Virus record (IMG/VR): IMGVR_UViG_3300043427_002950
Coordinates: 62,001 to 126,000 of that record
Strand: one strand, 5' to 3'
Length of the DNA stretch: 64,000 nt
Source of the DNA: an uncultured virus (IMG/VR IMGVR_UViG_3300043427_002950)
Lineage: Duplodnaviria; Heunggongvirae; Uroviricota; Caudoviricetes
The notes under the pieces were generated by a model. The model was given only the letters and a program-made list of their open reading frames with translations, ran no database searches and had not been told where the DNA came from. This document shows, piece after piece, positions 39,688 through 48,981 of this stretch; positions within the stretch are counted from its first letter, which is position 1; each line of letters begins with the position of its first letter. The position numbers were made by a program, and so were the translations under genes.

Positions 39688-39782
39688 GTTACAATTTGTA
39701 ACATAAACATAAAAAAATAATTAAAAAATCAAAGTTTGTCAGGATTTCCTGATAATATAGTAAGGCAATTCAAACAAAGAGC

Positions 39783-39968
39783 ATGACAGAACAAGAATGG
39801 AACGAACTTAACGCACTTCGCAATGCAATCAATGATAATCCTGCGAGTGTTCATCCAGAAAAAATGGAACTTTTTACTTCATTGTTTGTCAAATCTCTGT
39901 CATATGTAGACAATGTGCCACCTTTTGAAGTGGCACAATCCCTTGACAAAACCACAACTACCAAGTAA
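39783..39968 (+). CDS. Small cyanophage hypothetical protein
   Basis: EWNEL.ALR.AI..NPASVHPEKME.F. Confidence 0.6.
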   Translation: MTEQEWNELNALRNAINDNPASVHPEKMELFTSLFVKSLSYVDNVPPFEVAQSLDKTTTTK

Positions 39969-39971
39969 ACT
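39914..39971 (+). promoter_or_regulatory. Early-type promoter: TGTGCCAC-N8-GTGGCACA inverted repeat plus TTGACA-17-TAAACT
   Basis: Perfect 8-bp inverted repeat directly upstream of the -35 box. Confidence 0.75.
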
Positions 39972-39994
39972 TTAGGAGTCGTTTAAAAACAAAG

Positions 39995-40228
39995 ATGAAA
40001 AACCTGTACATTGTCGATCACTTCTGTCCTTTCCCAACTTCCGAATATGGTGGAATTTGGAACGTAGTTGCAGAAAATGATGAGGAATGTTATGATTTGA
40101 TCGTTGAAGCTGATCAAGAGTTCAATGTTGATTATTATCCAAATCTTCGTGATCGAATCTTGAATGCAAGGGTTTTTGCTCTTGCTGAAGAAGTTGAATC
40201 TCAAGTTGTTGAATCTTTTACCACCTGA
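39995..40228 (+). CDS. Conserved cyanophage hypothetical protein
   Basis: LYIVDH..PFPTSEYGG.W.VVA...VVESFTT. Confidence 0.65.
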   Translation: MKNLYIVDHFCPFPTSEYGGIWNVVAENDEECYDLIVEADQEFNVDYYPNLRDRILNARVFALAEEVESQVVESFTT

Positions 40229-40559
40229 TGTTTACCCCTCACGACTCTAAAATTTTTGAACTAAAAGAACTTCAACAAAAACGAGTTGAAGTTCTTGAAA
40301 ATAAAATCAAAGAACTTCAAGAAGAAATTGAACTTCTTTATCAAACTATGAATAGGATGGATGATCTATGACTGAACAAGAACAACTTATTCTGAACCTT
40401 GAAGCTTTCTGGTGCCAGAGAATGACAGAACTTCATGAGCAAAATAGAATTGAAGATGCAAGTGCTCTGTTTTCTGAGTTTGTTCTTGATGATCAAGATC
40501 CTTTTCTTGACTTTGATACTAAAACTAAACATTGGGCATTTCTTCAAGTAATTTAATTA

Positions 40560-40584
40560 AAGGGAGGTTATTCCTCCCTTTTTT
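40560..40584 (+). terminator. Rho-independent terminator
   Basis: AAGGGAGG-TTATT-CCTCCCTT followed by TTTT; a late promoter AATAAATA follows at 40585. Confidence 0.85.
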
Positions 40585-40610
40585 AATAAATAAAAAAAAG
40601 AAGAAAAGCA

Positions 40611-40985
40611 ATGAAAACCTGGCAACAATTTAATGAAGATGTTCAATCTTATGCTAAAGATAAAGAAGCATATGAGAGGGCAACTGCTTCTGCCCAAAAG
40701 TTATCTGCCAGAAGAGATGCTGCCTTAAAAAAATCTAAATCTTCTGGAAATTTTACTTCACGAATGAAAAGAAAAATGAGTGAAATAAAAAGAAAATCTC
40801 AAGCACAGAAATCTGAGTATGAATCTGATAAAGAACATTTGGATGCTGTAAGAGAAAGAGAAAGGGCAATAAGTAAAAAAACAGTTAGACAAGGTGCATC
40901 TATGTTTAATGCTGGTGCAAAGGCTGGTGGAAAATTACTGAAGTTTGCAAGAAATAAAATACGGAAAGGACAATCCAAAAACTGA
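40611..40985 (+). CDS. Putative capsid-packaged internal protein (basic)
   Basis: Begins MKTWQQFNE, like the T4 capsid-targeting sequence MKTYQEFIAE; K/R-rich; has its own late promoter. Confidence 0.6.
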   Translation: MKTWQQFNEDVQSYAKDKEAYERATASAQKLSARRDAALKKSKSSGNFTSRMKRKMSEIKRKSQAQKSEYESDKEHLDAVRERERAISKKTVRQGASMFNAGAKAGGKLLKFARNKIRKGQSKN

Positions 40986-41025
40986 CCACTGCCCCCTTGA
41001 CCAATGGTTAAGGGGGTTTTATAAT
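40968..41025 (+). promoter_or_regulatory. Early-type promoter with a hairpin over the -35 box (TTGACC-17-TATAAT)
   Basis: GGACA..ACTGACCAC motif, then CCCCCTTGACCA-A-TGGTTAAGGGGG hairpin plus TTTT. Confidence 0.75.
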
Positions 41026-41045
41026 AGGTTTGAACAAGAGGACTA

Positions 41046-42230
41046 ATGAACTACGATTTCCCCCAAATTGAAACCATCGAAGATGTCCTTGATGATATCA
41101 ATGGATACGATGAAATCCGTGTGATGGCTAAGGGCGATTACACCGTTATCAATTATGCTGTTGCATTTGAAGAAACTTTTGCATGGGATTTAGAAGATCC
41201 TCATGCATCTTCAATTCGTCGGGAATGTCGTGGTTTGATCTTTAACAAGGAAGGGAAACTGATTTCCCGTCCATACCATAAGTTCTTCAATGCTGGCGAG
41301 AAAGAAGAAACCCAGTTGAATAAGATCAATCTGTATGAACCTCATGTGGTTCTGGAGAAACTGGATGGTAGTATGATCCGTCCGATTCCAACTGCTGATG
41401 GATTTGTTCTTGCAACCAAAGCTGGAGTTACTGATATTGCTCAGCAGGCAGAAGAATTCATTGCTGATAAACCTGAATACACTGAGTTTATTCGTTCTTC
41501 TATTGCTTGTGGGTTGACTCCTATTTTTGAGTGGTGCTCTCGTAAAAATCGTATTGTGATTGACTATCCCGAGGATCAATTGATTCTCACTGCTGTTAGG
41601 GACACTCTAAGTGGAACTTATGTCAATTATCCACTGATTGTTGAAACTGGTAAAAACTACGGCATTCCTGTAGTCAAAGCAGTGGATGGTCTTTCTGTCC
41701 AGAACATTGAACTATTTGTGAAACAGGTTCGTGAGTGGGAAGACAACGAGGGTATCGTTCTTCGGTTTGATACTGGTCATATGATCAAGGTCAAAGCAGA
41801 TGATTATATTCTGCGTCACAAGTCCAAGGAATCCATCAACCAGGAAAAAAATGTCATTCAGGTAGTCCTGGACGATGCTGTGGATGATATGATTCCCCTC
41901 TTAACTAAAGAGGATGCTGAACGACTAAAGAACTTCCAGAAAGCATTCTGGGACTCTGTGGAACACACCGCAATGGACATGAATGATCTTTACAATGCTG
42001 GAAATACCATGTATCCAGATAAAAAAGAATTTGCAGTGAACTTTGTTCAGAAGATGATTCTTCCATTCCATGCTCCTATCATGTATGCAATCCGAGGTGG
42101 ACGACCTACCATAGAAGTCATTAAAGAAATGATTCGCAAATCCCTTACTTCACAAGCAAAACTTAACGACAATCGGTGGCTGTGGGGGAACCTCGATTGG
42201 AACTATTCTAACGCAACCGCAGGAGAGTAA
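41046..42230 (+). CDS. rnlA: RNA ligase, T4 Rnl1 family
   Basis: RECRGLIF, RPYHKFFN, EKLDGS (motif I), TPIFE, EGIVL (IV), KVKADDY (V). Confidence 0.9.
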   Translation: MNYDFPQIETIEDVLDDINGYDEIRVMAKGDYTVINYAVAFEETFAWDLEDPHASSIRRECRGLIFNKEGKLISRPYHKFFNAGEKEETQLNKINLYEPHVVLEKLDGSMIRPIPTADGFVLATKAGVTDIAQQAEEFIADKPEYTEFIRSSIACGLTPIFEWCSRKNRIVIDYPEDQLILTAVRDTLSGTYVNYPLIVETGKNYGIPVVKAVDGLSVQNIELFVKQVREWEDNEGIVLRFDTGHMIKVKADDYILRHKSKESINQEKNVIQVVLDDAVDDMIPLLTKEDAERLKNFQKAFWDSVEHTAMDMNDLYNAGNTMYPDKKEFAVNFVQKMILPFHAPIMYAIRGGRPTIEVIKEMIRKSLTSQAKLNDNRWLWGNLDWNYSNATAGE

Positions 42231-42231
42231 A

Positions 42232-42708
42232 ATGCAACACTACCACATTTCCCCAAGAAGTCAGGTTCTTGTGCTCAATGCATCTTATGAACCAATCAAT
42301 CTCACAAATTGGAAACGTGCAATTGTCCTTGTCTTGAAGGAAAAGGCACAAGTTCTTTCTGCAAGAGTAATTCGTCTCGTTAATTACATCAAGATTCCTG
42401 TCGATCAATTTAGAAACATTCGTCCTTCACGGGATATGATCTATCGTAGAGACAATCATAAATGCCAATACTGTGGATCCACAAAGGGTCTTACGATTGA
42501 TCATGTTCTGCCAAAATCTAAAGGTGGCAAGGATACATGGGAAAACCTTGTGGTTGCATGTTCTACTTGCAACACTAAGAAAGGTGATAGATACCTGGAA
42601 CAAACTGGAATGAAACTTCAACGCATTCCCAAGGCACCTTATAACAAAGTCACACTGGCATTGAATTACAGTAATATCGAAGAATGGAGAGAGTACATGT
42701 ATGCCTAA
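42232..42708 (+). CDS. HNH endonuclease (VLVLNASYEP family)
   Basis: RD...CQYCG...TIDHVLPKSKGG..TWENLVVAC..CN..KG. Confidence 0.9.
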   Translation: MQHYHISPRSQVLVLNASYEPINLTNWKRAIVLVLKEKAQVLSARVIRLVNYIKIPVDQFRNIRPSRDMIYRRDNHKCQYCGSTKGLTIDHVLPKSKGGKDTWENLVVACSTCNTKKGDRYLEQTGMKLQRIPKAPYNKVTLALNYSNIEEWREYMYA

Positions 42709-43201
42709 TCTTGTAATGATGTGTGGGATTCCAGCATCTGGAAAATCAACGTATATACAACAAGGTTTGGATTATACTGATTTTTTCAATACTGGATACA
42801 CTTTTCTCTCCACTGATAACTACATTGAAGAAAAAGCAAAGAAAGAAGGAACAACTTACAATGAAATCTTTGATCGTACAATCAAAGAAGCAACTGAAGA
42901 AATGAATAAACTTCTTGAGTTTGCCGTTCAAAATAACATGAGTATTGTTTGGGACCAGACCAATCTGACTCCAAAGGTAAGGCAAAAGAAACTCAAAAAG
43001 ATTCCAGAGCATTACACTAAAGTTGCTGTCTACAGCAATATTTCTCTTGAAGAGGCAATGAAACGCAATAGAAAGAGAACTGGAAAGGTCGTTCCACAAC
43101 GAGTGCTAATTCAAATGCACTCCGTTTTTGTCCCTCCCACTGAAGACGAGGGATTTGATAAAGTTATTCAATTTGGAGAACAACATGAAATGCAAAGTTA
43201 A
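42701..43201 (+). CDS. Polynucleotide kinase (P-loop, PseT/Pnkp kinase-domain-like)
   Basis: GIPASGKST, LSTD, WDQTNL, RxxxR lid (KRNRKR), VP..V, EGFD. Confidence 0.85.
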   Translation: MPNLVMMCGIPASGKSTYIQQGLDYTDFFNTGYTFLSTDNYIEEKAKKEGTTYNEIFDRTIKEATEEMNKLLEFAVQNNMSIVWDQTNLTPKVRQKKLKKIPEHYTKVAVYSNISLEEAMKRNRKRTGKVVPQRVLIQMHSVFVPPTEDEGFDKVIQFGEQHEMQS

Positions 43202-43325
43202 ACTTTACGTTGCTGGTAAAGTATTTGAAGAAATTGTAGAAGCAGCAAATTATCAAGACGCAAGGGAAACTGCTCTTGCTCGCAATCCCAAAGCAAAAGT
43301 TGTTGGAGTTACCGCAGTATTTTAA
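43185..43325 (+). CDS. Small conserved cyanophage protein (MKCKVKLYVAGKVFEE...)
   Basis: GGAG SD; start revised from 43128. Confidence 0.65.
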   Translation: MKCKVKLYVAGKVFEEIVEAANYQDARETALARNPKAKVVGVTAVF

Positions 43326-43558
43326 TCATGAATGATGCATATTATGGTTGGGGAGTTGATTGCGATTGGGACTGGTTGAATCTTCTTATTGAAATGAAAG
43401 CAAAAAATCCTCAGAGGTTTTATGCATTTTACAACGATGCTTCGATTTATTATTATATGGAGAAACTCCAAGATAGGCAACATACATTGGATTAACGCAT
43501 AGTTTTCCTCTGATAGAGTGGCGTAAAACGCCTAATTACATAAGATACATAAGAACCA

Positions 43559-43843
43559 ATGAAATTCTCAGACATTCCCTTTCGTCCCTATAACGTAAAC
43601 GGAGCATACGGAAAGACCGCAAAAATCCAATGTGGGCGTGGGTATCAACTCAGTGTAGTCCAAATCTTCGATGAGGTTCAGGGGAACTCTCATGGGGCAG
43701 AGGAGGGGTTCTACGAGGCAGCATTGCTCAAGCACGGGGAAATGTGCTATGATACTCACATCACAGGGTTTGAGAAGAAGGTCATTGGCTTTCTGTCCGA
43801 ATCTGATGTAGAAAAACTTATTGAAGAGGTAGACAAATTGTGA
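43559..43843 (+). CDS. Hypothetical phage protein
   Basis: GYQLSVV...G.EEG.YE.A.L...VIGFLSE.DV pattern common in phages. Confidence 0.6.
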   Translation: MKFSDIPFRPYNVNGAYGKTAKIQCGRGYQLSVVQIFDEVQGNSHGAEEGFYEAALLKHGEMCYDTHITGFEKKVIGFLSESDVEKLIEEVDKL

Positions 43844-44532
43844 GGAATTATGCGTTAATTGGGGATGTACATTCCCATTACGGAAGACTTTCACAGGCAC
43901 TTCTCTATTGCCGTGATCACGAACTTACACCGATACTTCTCGGAGATTTGTTCGATAGTCGGTGTTTTGTGAGTGAGAGTGTGGAAGTTTATTCTCTTGT
44001 GAGAGAAGCAGAGCAAGCACTGGGTGCAATTGTATTGCAGTCAAATCATCAGAACAAACTGATTCGTCACCTGAAAGGAAACAAAGTTGTTCTGAATCAT
44101 GGACTTGAAAGAACTGTTGAAGAATTTGAAAATTCTTCTGTAGATTCTGAAGTTTTGAAGGAATGGTTGGAAACTCGTCCGTATGGAATCGCGTTTCGTG
44201 ATAAGAATGGAGAAGAGTATCGGTGTGCTCATGCGTACTTCTCTTCCAGAATTGAAGTTCCTGAATACGAAGACTTTCATTTGGTCGAATATGATTCGAT
44301 CAATACTAAGTTAAAAAATGTGATGATCTATGGTCCCGTAGATTCCAGTGGGAGAATCTCATGGTGGGATAGTCCCCGTAGACATGATTATCGAATGGTT
44401 GCAGGACATTATCATGTTGTTGTAGATCGTGATCACTGTTTGATTCTTGATGGAGAATGCGGTGATGAAGGAGAATACGTTTTTCTTGCTCTCTATGATG
44501 TGAACAAAAGAATTCTAAAGAAGTTTTTTTAG
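43840..44532 (+). CDS. Calcineurin-like metallophosphoesterase
   Basis: IGDVH, LGDLFDSR, SNHQ, AHA, AGHYH, LDGECG. Confidence 0.88.
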   Translation: MRNYALIGDVHSHYGRLSQALLYCRDHELTPILLGDLFDSRCFVSESVEVYSLVREAEQALGAIVLQSNHQNKLIRHLKGNKVVLNHGLERTVEEFENSSVDSEVLKEWLETRPYGIAFRDKNGEEYRCAHAYFSSRIEVPEYEDFHLVEYDSINTKLKNVMIYGPVDSSGRISWWDSPRRHDYRMVAGHYHVVVDRDHCLILDGECGDEGEYVFLALYDVNKRILKKFF

Positions 44533-44718
44533 TATGGCACAATTTTCAGAGGGAGTATTAGTTCAGTATAAAAATCTGATTGGACGTATTTCTTTCATAT
44601 GTGATTCTTCATTATCAATTCTAATCAGAGAGTTTCCTGAAGAACCAGTACGAAACGTAAAGGTTGTCGTTCAACGTCCAGAATGGAAAAACATTAAACT
44701 AATTAAGGAGAGTGACAA

Positions 44719-44865
44719 ATGAAGTATGATGTCGTTTATGATCAACCGAAGAAAAAAGGATTTGCAAAACAAACTGCTACATTTTTAAAAATCGATGACG
44801 CAATTTTTTGGGAAAATGTTATCAAAACTCAGGGGTGCAAAAACATTCAAATCTGTCCCCGCTGA
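44719..44865 (+). CDS. Small phage protein (MKYDVVYDQPKKKG...); not in the ORF track
   Basis: AGGAG SD and ATGA overlap with 44534..44722; 48 aa. Confidence 0.6.
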   Translation: MKYDVVYDQPKKKGFAKQTATFLKIDDAIFWENVIKTQGCKNIQICPR

Positions 44866-45014
44866 ATACAAGTGTCAGTGTTGCGGTGAAATTAAACCAC
44901 TCAACACTGATCACTTTCAAACTGTGAATAAGTTTAAATATGGTTATTCTACGTATTGCAATGTATGCCATGTAATATGTAATCGACCAAAAGAAAAATA
45001 AAACTCTAAATAAT

Positions 45015-45368
45015 ATGAGGAATTCCATCATGACAATGGCCAATTACAAGATCTCTCTGCGTCTAAACGAACAGCAATTAAACATTCTTTACGACGCACT
45101 TCAATATTACTCGATGATGAATGAAGAAATGAAAGAGCAATATTCAAATGCGGATGTTGCTGAATTGTTTGAAGAAGTTAGTAATTTGTATCTGGAAGAA
45201 GAACCAGAACATCAAATGGATCCTGCTGCACAAGCATTCATTGAGCAGTATGGAAGTACTGAACTTCTTTCTAACTACGAACGTTGGAAAGGTTTTAAGG
45301 CAGCATATGATCTGATGCATGAAAGTAAACCTGAATTTGTCGTAAGAGATACGGAAGTCGATATGTGA
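45015..45368 (+). CDS. Hypothetical protein
   Basis: ORF after CTAAATA; the true start is probably the later ATG after GAGG. Confidence 0.55.
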   Translation: MRNSIMTMANYKISLRLNEQQLNILYDALQYYSMMNEEMKEQYSNADVAELFEEVSNLYLEEEPEHQMDPAAQAFIEQYGSTELLSNYERWKGFKAAYDLMHESKPEFVVRDTEVDM

Positions 45369-45378
45369 GGTGAGCATC

Positions 45379-45834
45379 ATGAAGCTCATCATCGAAGGAT
45401 CAGAAGACGATAAGGTTCTTCATCGCAAAGCAAGAAGAGTCGATAAGATTGATGATACCATTCGCACAATCTGTGTTAGAATGGAAGAGTTGATGCTTCA
45501 ACACAATGGAGTTGGAATCTCTGGAAATCAAGTTGGTCTTTTAAAAAGAATCATTGTCATATCAGATGGCAATAAAATTATTCATATGATTAATCCAGAG
45601 ATTGCAATTGCTCCAAATGAATGGGAAATGGGAGAAGAGGGATGTCTGAGTCTTCCCCAAACCTTTATACATAAAAAAAGATTAAAGACAGTCAAAGTCA
45701 AATATAGGGATCGTAAAGGAAAACCACATATTGAAGAGTATAGTGGATTGACGGCTCGTGTGATACAACACGAAATCGATCATTTAGATGGCATTTTAAT
45801 GATAGAAGAAAATGAACCGCAAAAATACAGCTAG
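45379..45834 (+). CDS. def: Peptide deformylase
   Basis: GVGISGNQVG, INP, EGCLS, QHEIDHLDG; GAGGTG SD supports ATG 45379. Confidence 0.93.
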   Translation: MKLIIEGSEDDKVLHRKARRVDKIDDTIRTICVRMEELMLQHNGVGISGNQVGLLKRIIVISDGNKIIHMINPEIAIAPNEWEMGEEGCLSLPQTFIHKKRLKTVKVKYRDRKGKPHIEEYSGLTARVIQHEIDHLDGILMIEENEPQKYS

Positions 45835-46798
45835 AATCGGAACAATTACGCAGATCGAAGAAATCGAAGATAATAACGATTTTGTAATTGGTTTTATTGA
45901 TAAAGGATGGCAAGTTGTTTTTGAAAAGGGCAATTATAACGTCAACGATAAGGTTACTTTCATTCCTTCTGGTTCCTGGGTTCCAGATGAATTACTTCCA
46001 ATTATTGATGCTCAGAAATATAAGGGTGTCAAGGGTGGATATCTTACTGTCATGAAACGTGGTGGACATATTTCAGAGGGAATTGTTTTAGACGCAGACA
46101 AATATAACGACAATTTGGAAGTTCGTATTTGGGAAAGAGACCTTCCCGAAGAATTTGAATGTAAAGACTATCGAACATATCCATCTTTTATTCCAAAAAT
46201 TGAGTATTCATATGCTCAAGATATTGCGGAATCAATATTCACTGATCATTATTCAGAATCATTTGAAATTACTCCAAGACTTGATGGAGTTGAAATGACT
46301 GTTTATGTTAAGAATGGAAGATTTGGTTTGTGCTCAGAGAAATATGATATTACTGAAACAACAGATAATGCATTCTGGAAGTTTGCAAGACAACTGAATC
46401 TGATTGATCCAATGATTAACTATCGTGATCAGTATGCAATTCATGGAACAATCGTTGGTGAAGGAATTTACTCAAATCATGAACGAGTGTATGGTGAAAG
46501 GAAGTTCTACATTCACGACATTTACGACATTGAAAAGTCCGCTTTTTCTACATCGAAAGAAAGATATCAGATATTTTCCGACCTTGCAGAGTATTGTAAA
46601 TTTGATCATGTAGGCATTTTTAAACACTCTATGCCTCTGTTTGAAGTTGCATCAAACATTAGAGAACTGGTTAATTATGCAAATGGTCCTTCAATGTCAC
46701 CATTGACAAAAAGAAAGGGTTTGATCTTCAAGTCAAATGATTCTGACTTTAAATTTAAAGTAAAGTCGAATAACTTCTGCATAGCCAATAAATTATGA
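45812..46798 (+). CDS. RNA ligase Rnl5/DRB0094-family-like protein with a degenerate active site
   Basis: N-terminal I.EIE...GWQVV..KG.Y.V.D...SWVP and ISEG module; motif I reads RLDG, motif IV reads KGLIFK, C-terminal FKVKSN. Confidence 0.75.
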   Translation: MNRKNTARIGTITQIEEIEDNNDFVIGFIDKGWQVVFEKGNYNVNDKVTFIPSGSWVPDELLPIIDAQKYKGVKGGYLTVMKRGGHISEGIVLDADKYNDNLEVRIWERDLPEEFECKDYRTYPSFIPKIEYSYAQDIAESIFTDHYSESFEITPRLDGVEMTVYVKNGRFGLCSEKYDITETTDNAFWKFARQLNLIDPMINYRDQYAIHGTIVGEGIYSNHERVYGERKFYIHDIYDIEKSAFSTSKERYQIFSDLAEYCKFDHVGIFKHSMPLFEVASNIRELVNYANGPSMSPLTKRKGLIFKSNDSDFKFKVKSNNFCIANKL

Positions 46799-47655
46799 AA
46801 ACACTTGTTATTTTAATCGGCACACCGAGAGGAAACGAGGTGGTTTGGAAGAGCATGTATGATCATCTTCTTAAACCATATAAAGCTCATCTTGCATTAT
46901 GTTTTGAGCAGCAGGAAGATAAAACTTCATCCTTATATTCTAAGGCCAAATATCTTTGGGAAGTTCCAAAATATGATAACTGGGAACAGTATTATTTGGA
47001 CAATGAAATTGAAGGTAATTGGAGGGAGATTTATGAGTGGTGTGAATATGAAGGAAATAACATTGGGTTTTCTGGAATCGGCAAATCAAAGGGATTTGGT
47101 TCTGGTGCAATCTTAGTTGCATTTAGGCATTATCTTTTAAATAACCATTTGGATACGATTCGGAAGTATGATCGTATTATTCTGACTCGATCTGATTACT
47201 TTTATTTGTTTGATCAACCAATTCTTGATAATGAATATTATTGGGTTCCGAAAGGTGAAACCTATGGTGGAATTACTGATAGATTTCAACAGTTCCCATC
47301 AAAATTTGCAGAGGAAGCATTAAATATCATGCACTATGTCTGCTCACCACAGATACTGCATGATTTCAAATATACTCAACGATTAATTAATATTGAAAGA
47401 GTAATTGCCAGATACTTTGATTCTATATCATTTGATTATTCAAATCGAATTAAAACATTCAATAGATCAAATGTTTTGGTAATGACAGAACAAGATGATA
47501 CCACAGGTAGTTCTCAAAGAGTTTGGCTTAGAGGTGGAAAATGGCCAATTCCAGGAATGGAAGGAATTCACGTTAAATATATTGATGAATGGCATCATGC
47601 TTTGCAAAATAGTTTTGTACACTATGTTGCGAACAAGTATAAGGACATGTTATAA
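46795..47655 (+). CDS. Glycosyltransferase-like hypothetical protein
   Basis: ILIG..R start, YDRIILTRSD, YGGITDRF, INIE; aromatic-rich, GT-A-like layout. Confidence 0.5.
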   Translation: MKTLVILIGTPRGNEVVWKSMYDHLLKPYKAHLALCFEQQEDKTSSLYSKAKYLWEVPKYDNWEQYYLDNEIEGNWREIYEWCEYEGNNIGFSGIGKSKGFGSGAILVAFRHYLLNNHLDTIRKYDRIILTRSDYFYLFDQPILDNEYYWVPKGETYGGITDRFQQFPSKFAEEALNIMHYVCSPQILHDFKYTQRLINIERVIARYFDSISFDYSNRIKTFNRSNVLVMTEQDDTTGSSQRVWLRGGKWPIPGMEGIHVKYIDEWHHALQNSFVHYVANKYKDML

Positions 47656-47678
47656 TTAAATTGTGTATAGGAGGATTT

Positions 47679-47915
47679 ATGAGTCGTACTCATCGAAAAG
47701 ACATCTACCATCCAGGTGCATTGCGTCACCCACAAACTACAAATGAAAAGTCACAGTTAGATGAAATTCTGAATGATCCAGAACTGGATGAATATCCAGT
47801 AGATAAGAAGAATCGTATGCAGTCCCGTAGAGGGGAATCTGGAAAACTGCCTACTGCTTATGATGATATGGTAGTTTCTGCATATTACGAAACAGATCAT
47901 GGCAAGGGAAGTTAA
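47679..47915 (+). CDS. Small hypothetical protein (MSRTHRK...LRHPQTTNE...LPTAYDD)
   Basis: AGGAGG SD supports ATG 47679. Confidence 0.65.
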   Translation: MSRTHRKDIYHPGALRHPQTTNEKSQLDEILNDPELDEYPVDKKNRMQSRRGESGKLPTAYDDMVVSAYYETDHGKGS

Positions 47916-48271
47916 GTTAGAGTTAGGTCCAGATATACAAGAAGATTACGAATCTTGGGTTGAATGTTGTCGGTCACTTGATAGACCGATCAACATCAAC
48001 TCTTTTTTATCTTATATCGATTACTTTGGGACCTATACAAATCCTAAAGATCCTGCTACAATGGATGAGTAATTTGGATTTATATTATGTCACGAGCTCC
48101 TGATGGTGAACTAATTAGTGATAAGCATAATCGAGCAGTCGAAATGTTCAGACAGAGAATTCTGCATGATGAAGAATTGGAATCTTATGCACATGAACAG
48201 CACTGCTATCACGAATGCATGAATATCCGTGAGCATCTACTGCAGATTATTGATGGTCTGTACTGGGTGTA

Positions 48272-48330
48272 GGACACTTTCTAAACTGGCACAAGGGTGG
48301 TTGCACTGCCCCCTTCCCCCATGGTATATT
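48272..48330 (+). promoter_or_regulatory. Early-type promoter with upstream inverted-repeat motif
   Basis: GGACA-N-AACTGGCACA, then TTGCAC-18-TATATT. Confidence 0.65.
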
Positions 48331-48361
48331 ACTTAGGTAAACAAACGGAGGTCTTCCCCCC

Positions 48362-48544
48362 ATGCAAATTTCCCAACAAGTTCTGGAAACCATCACCGAT
48401 CCTACCGTGGATCGTCAAACTGCCCGTGAGCAACTGATTGCCCTGTCCATTCTGAATGGTGGTCGCAAACTGCGTTCTGCTCGCAAGGCAAGTGTCGTTC
48501 GTCTTGCTCAGTGGGCAAGTGGCACCCCTGCTGCTATTTCCTGA
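48362..48544 (+). CDS. Small early protein
   Basis: GGAGG SD, early-type promoter, C-ending codon style. Confidence 0.65.
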   Translation: MQISQQVLETITDPTVDRQTAREQLIALSILNGGRKLRSARKASVVRLAQWASGTPAAIS

Positions 48545-48561
48545 CGTTTGAGAGGGAGGGG

Positions 48562-48589
48562 TTGACACTCCTCCCAATCATCCTATAAT
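48562..48589 (+). promoter_or_regulatory. sigma70 consensus promoter TTGACA-16-TATAAT inside a GGGAGG..CTCCC hairpin
   Basis: Exact hexamers upstream of 48613. Confidence 0.75.
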
Positions 48590-48612
48590 ACCACCGAACA
48601 ACTTCTTCATTC

Positions 48613-48981
48613 ATGACTGCAACACCCACTGTTCACAAGATCCCTTCTCACGTCAAAACTTTCAGGGCAGATGGCAAGTATGTTATGCCTTGGACAGTCG
48701 CAGAATTCCAAGCAGCAGTAAAATGCTATCTGATGATTGGTGGATTCTCTGAGCGTGATAACGACCTGAGATTCGGTTATTTCGCACAGGCAATTCGCAA
48801 CATTAACCCCAAACGCAGTGATGACTCCATTTATATGGTGTTCTTCAACATTGCACGATGCGATAAGAAAGTTCTGGAAATGAACTACTATAATCTTTAC
48901 GGTGGAAACAGCAATCTTCTCATGTCTGTTTTGAAGAAAATGGATCCAAACGAAGTTCGTTTTACTCAAAACCCAGCATGA
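48613..48981 (+). CDS. Hypothetical early protein
   Basis: 122-aa ORF behind a consensus promoter. Confidence 0.65.
   Translation: MTATPTVHKIPSHVKTFRADGKYVMPWTVAEFQAAVKCYLMIGGFSERDNDLRFGYFAQAIRNINPKRSDDSIYMVFFNIARCDKKVLEMNYYNLYGGNSNLLMSVLKKMDPNEVRFTQNPA

Noticed and set aside
39688..39770. Palindromes GTTACAATTTGTAAC and TCAGGATTTCCTGA as an NtcA site or Pho box
   Set aside because: They do not match GTA-N8-TAC or clean 11-bp-period TTAA repeats. They could be another operator, but that is unsupported.
43495..43558. Possible tRNA or structured RNA (GGCGTAAAACGCC hairpin)
   Set aside because: No cloverleaf or T-loop consensus; only a short hairpin. No tRNA was recognised anywhere in the window.
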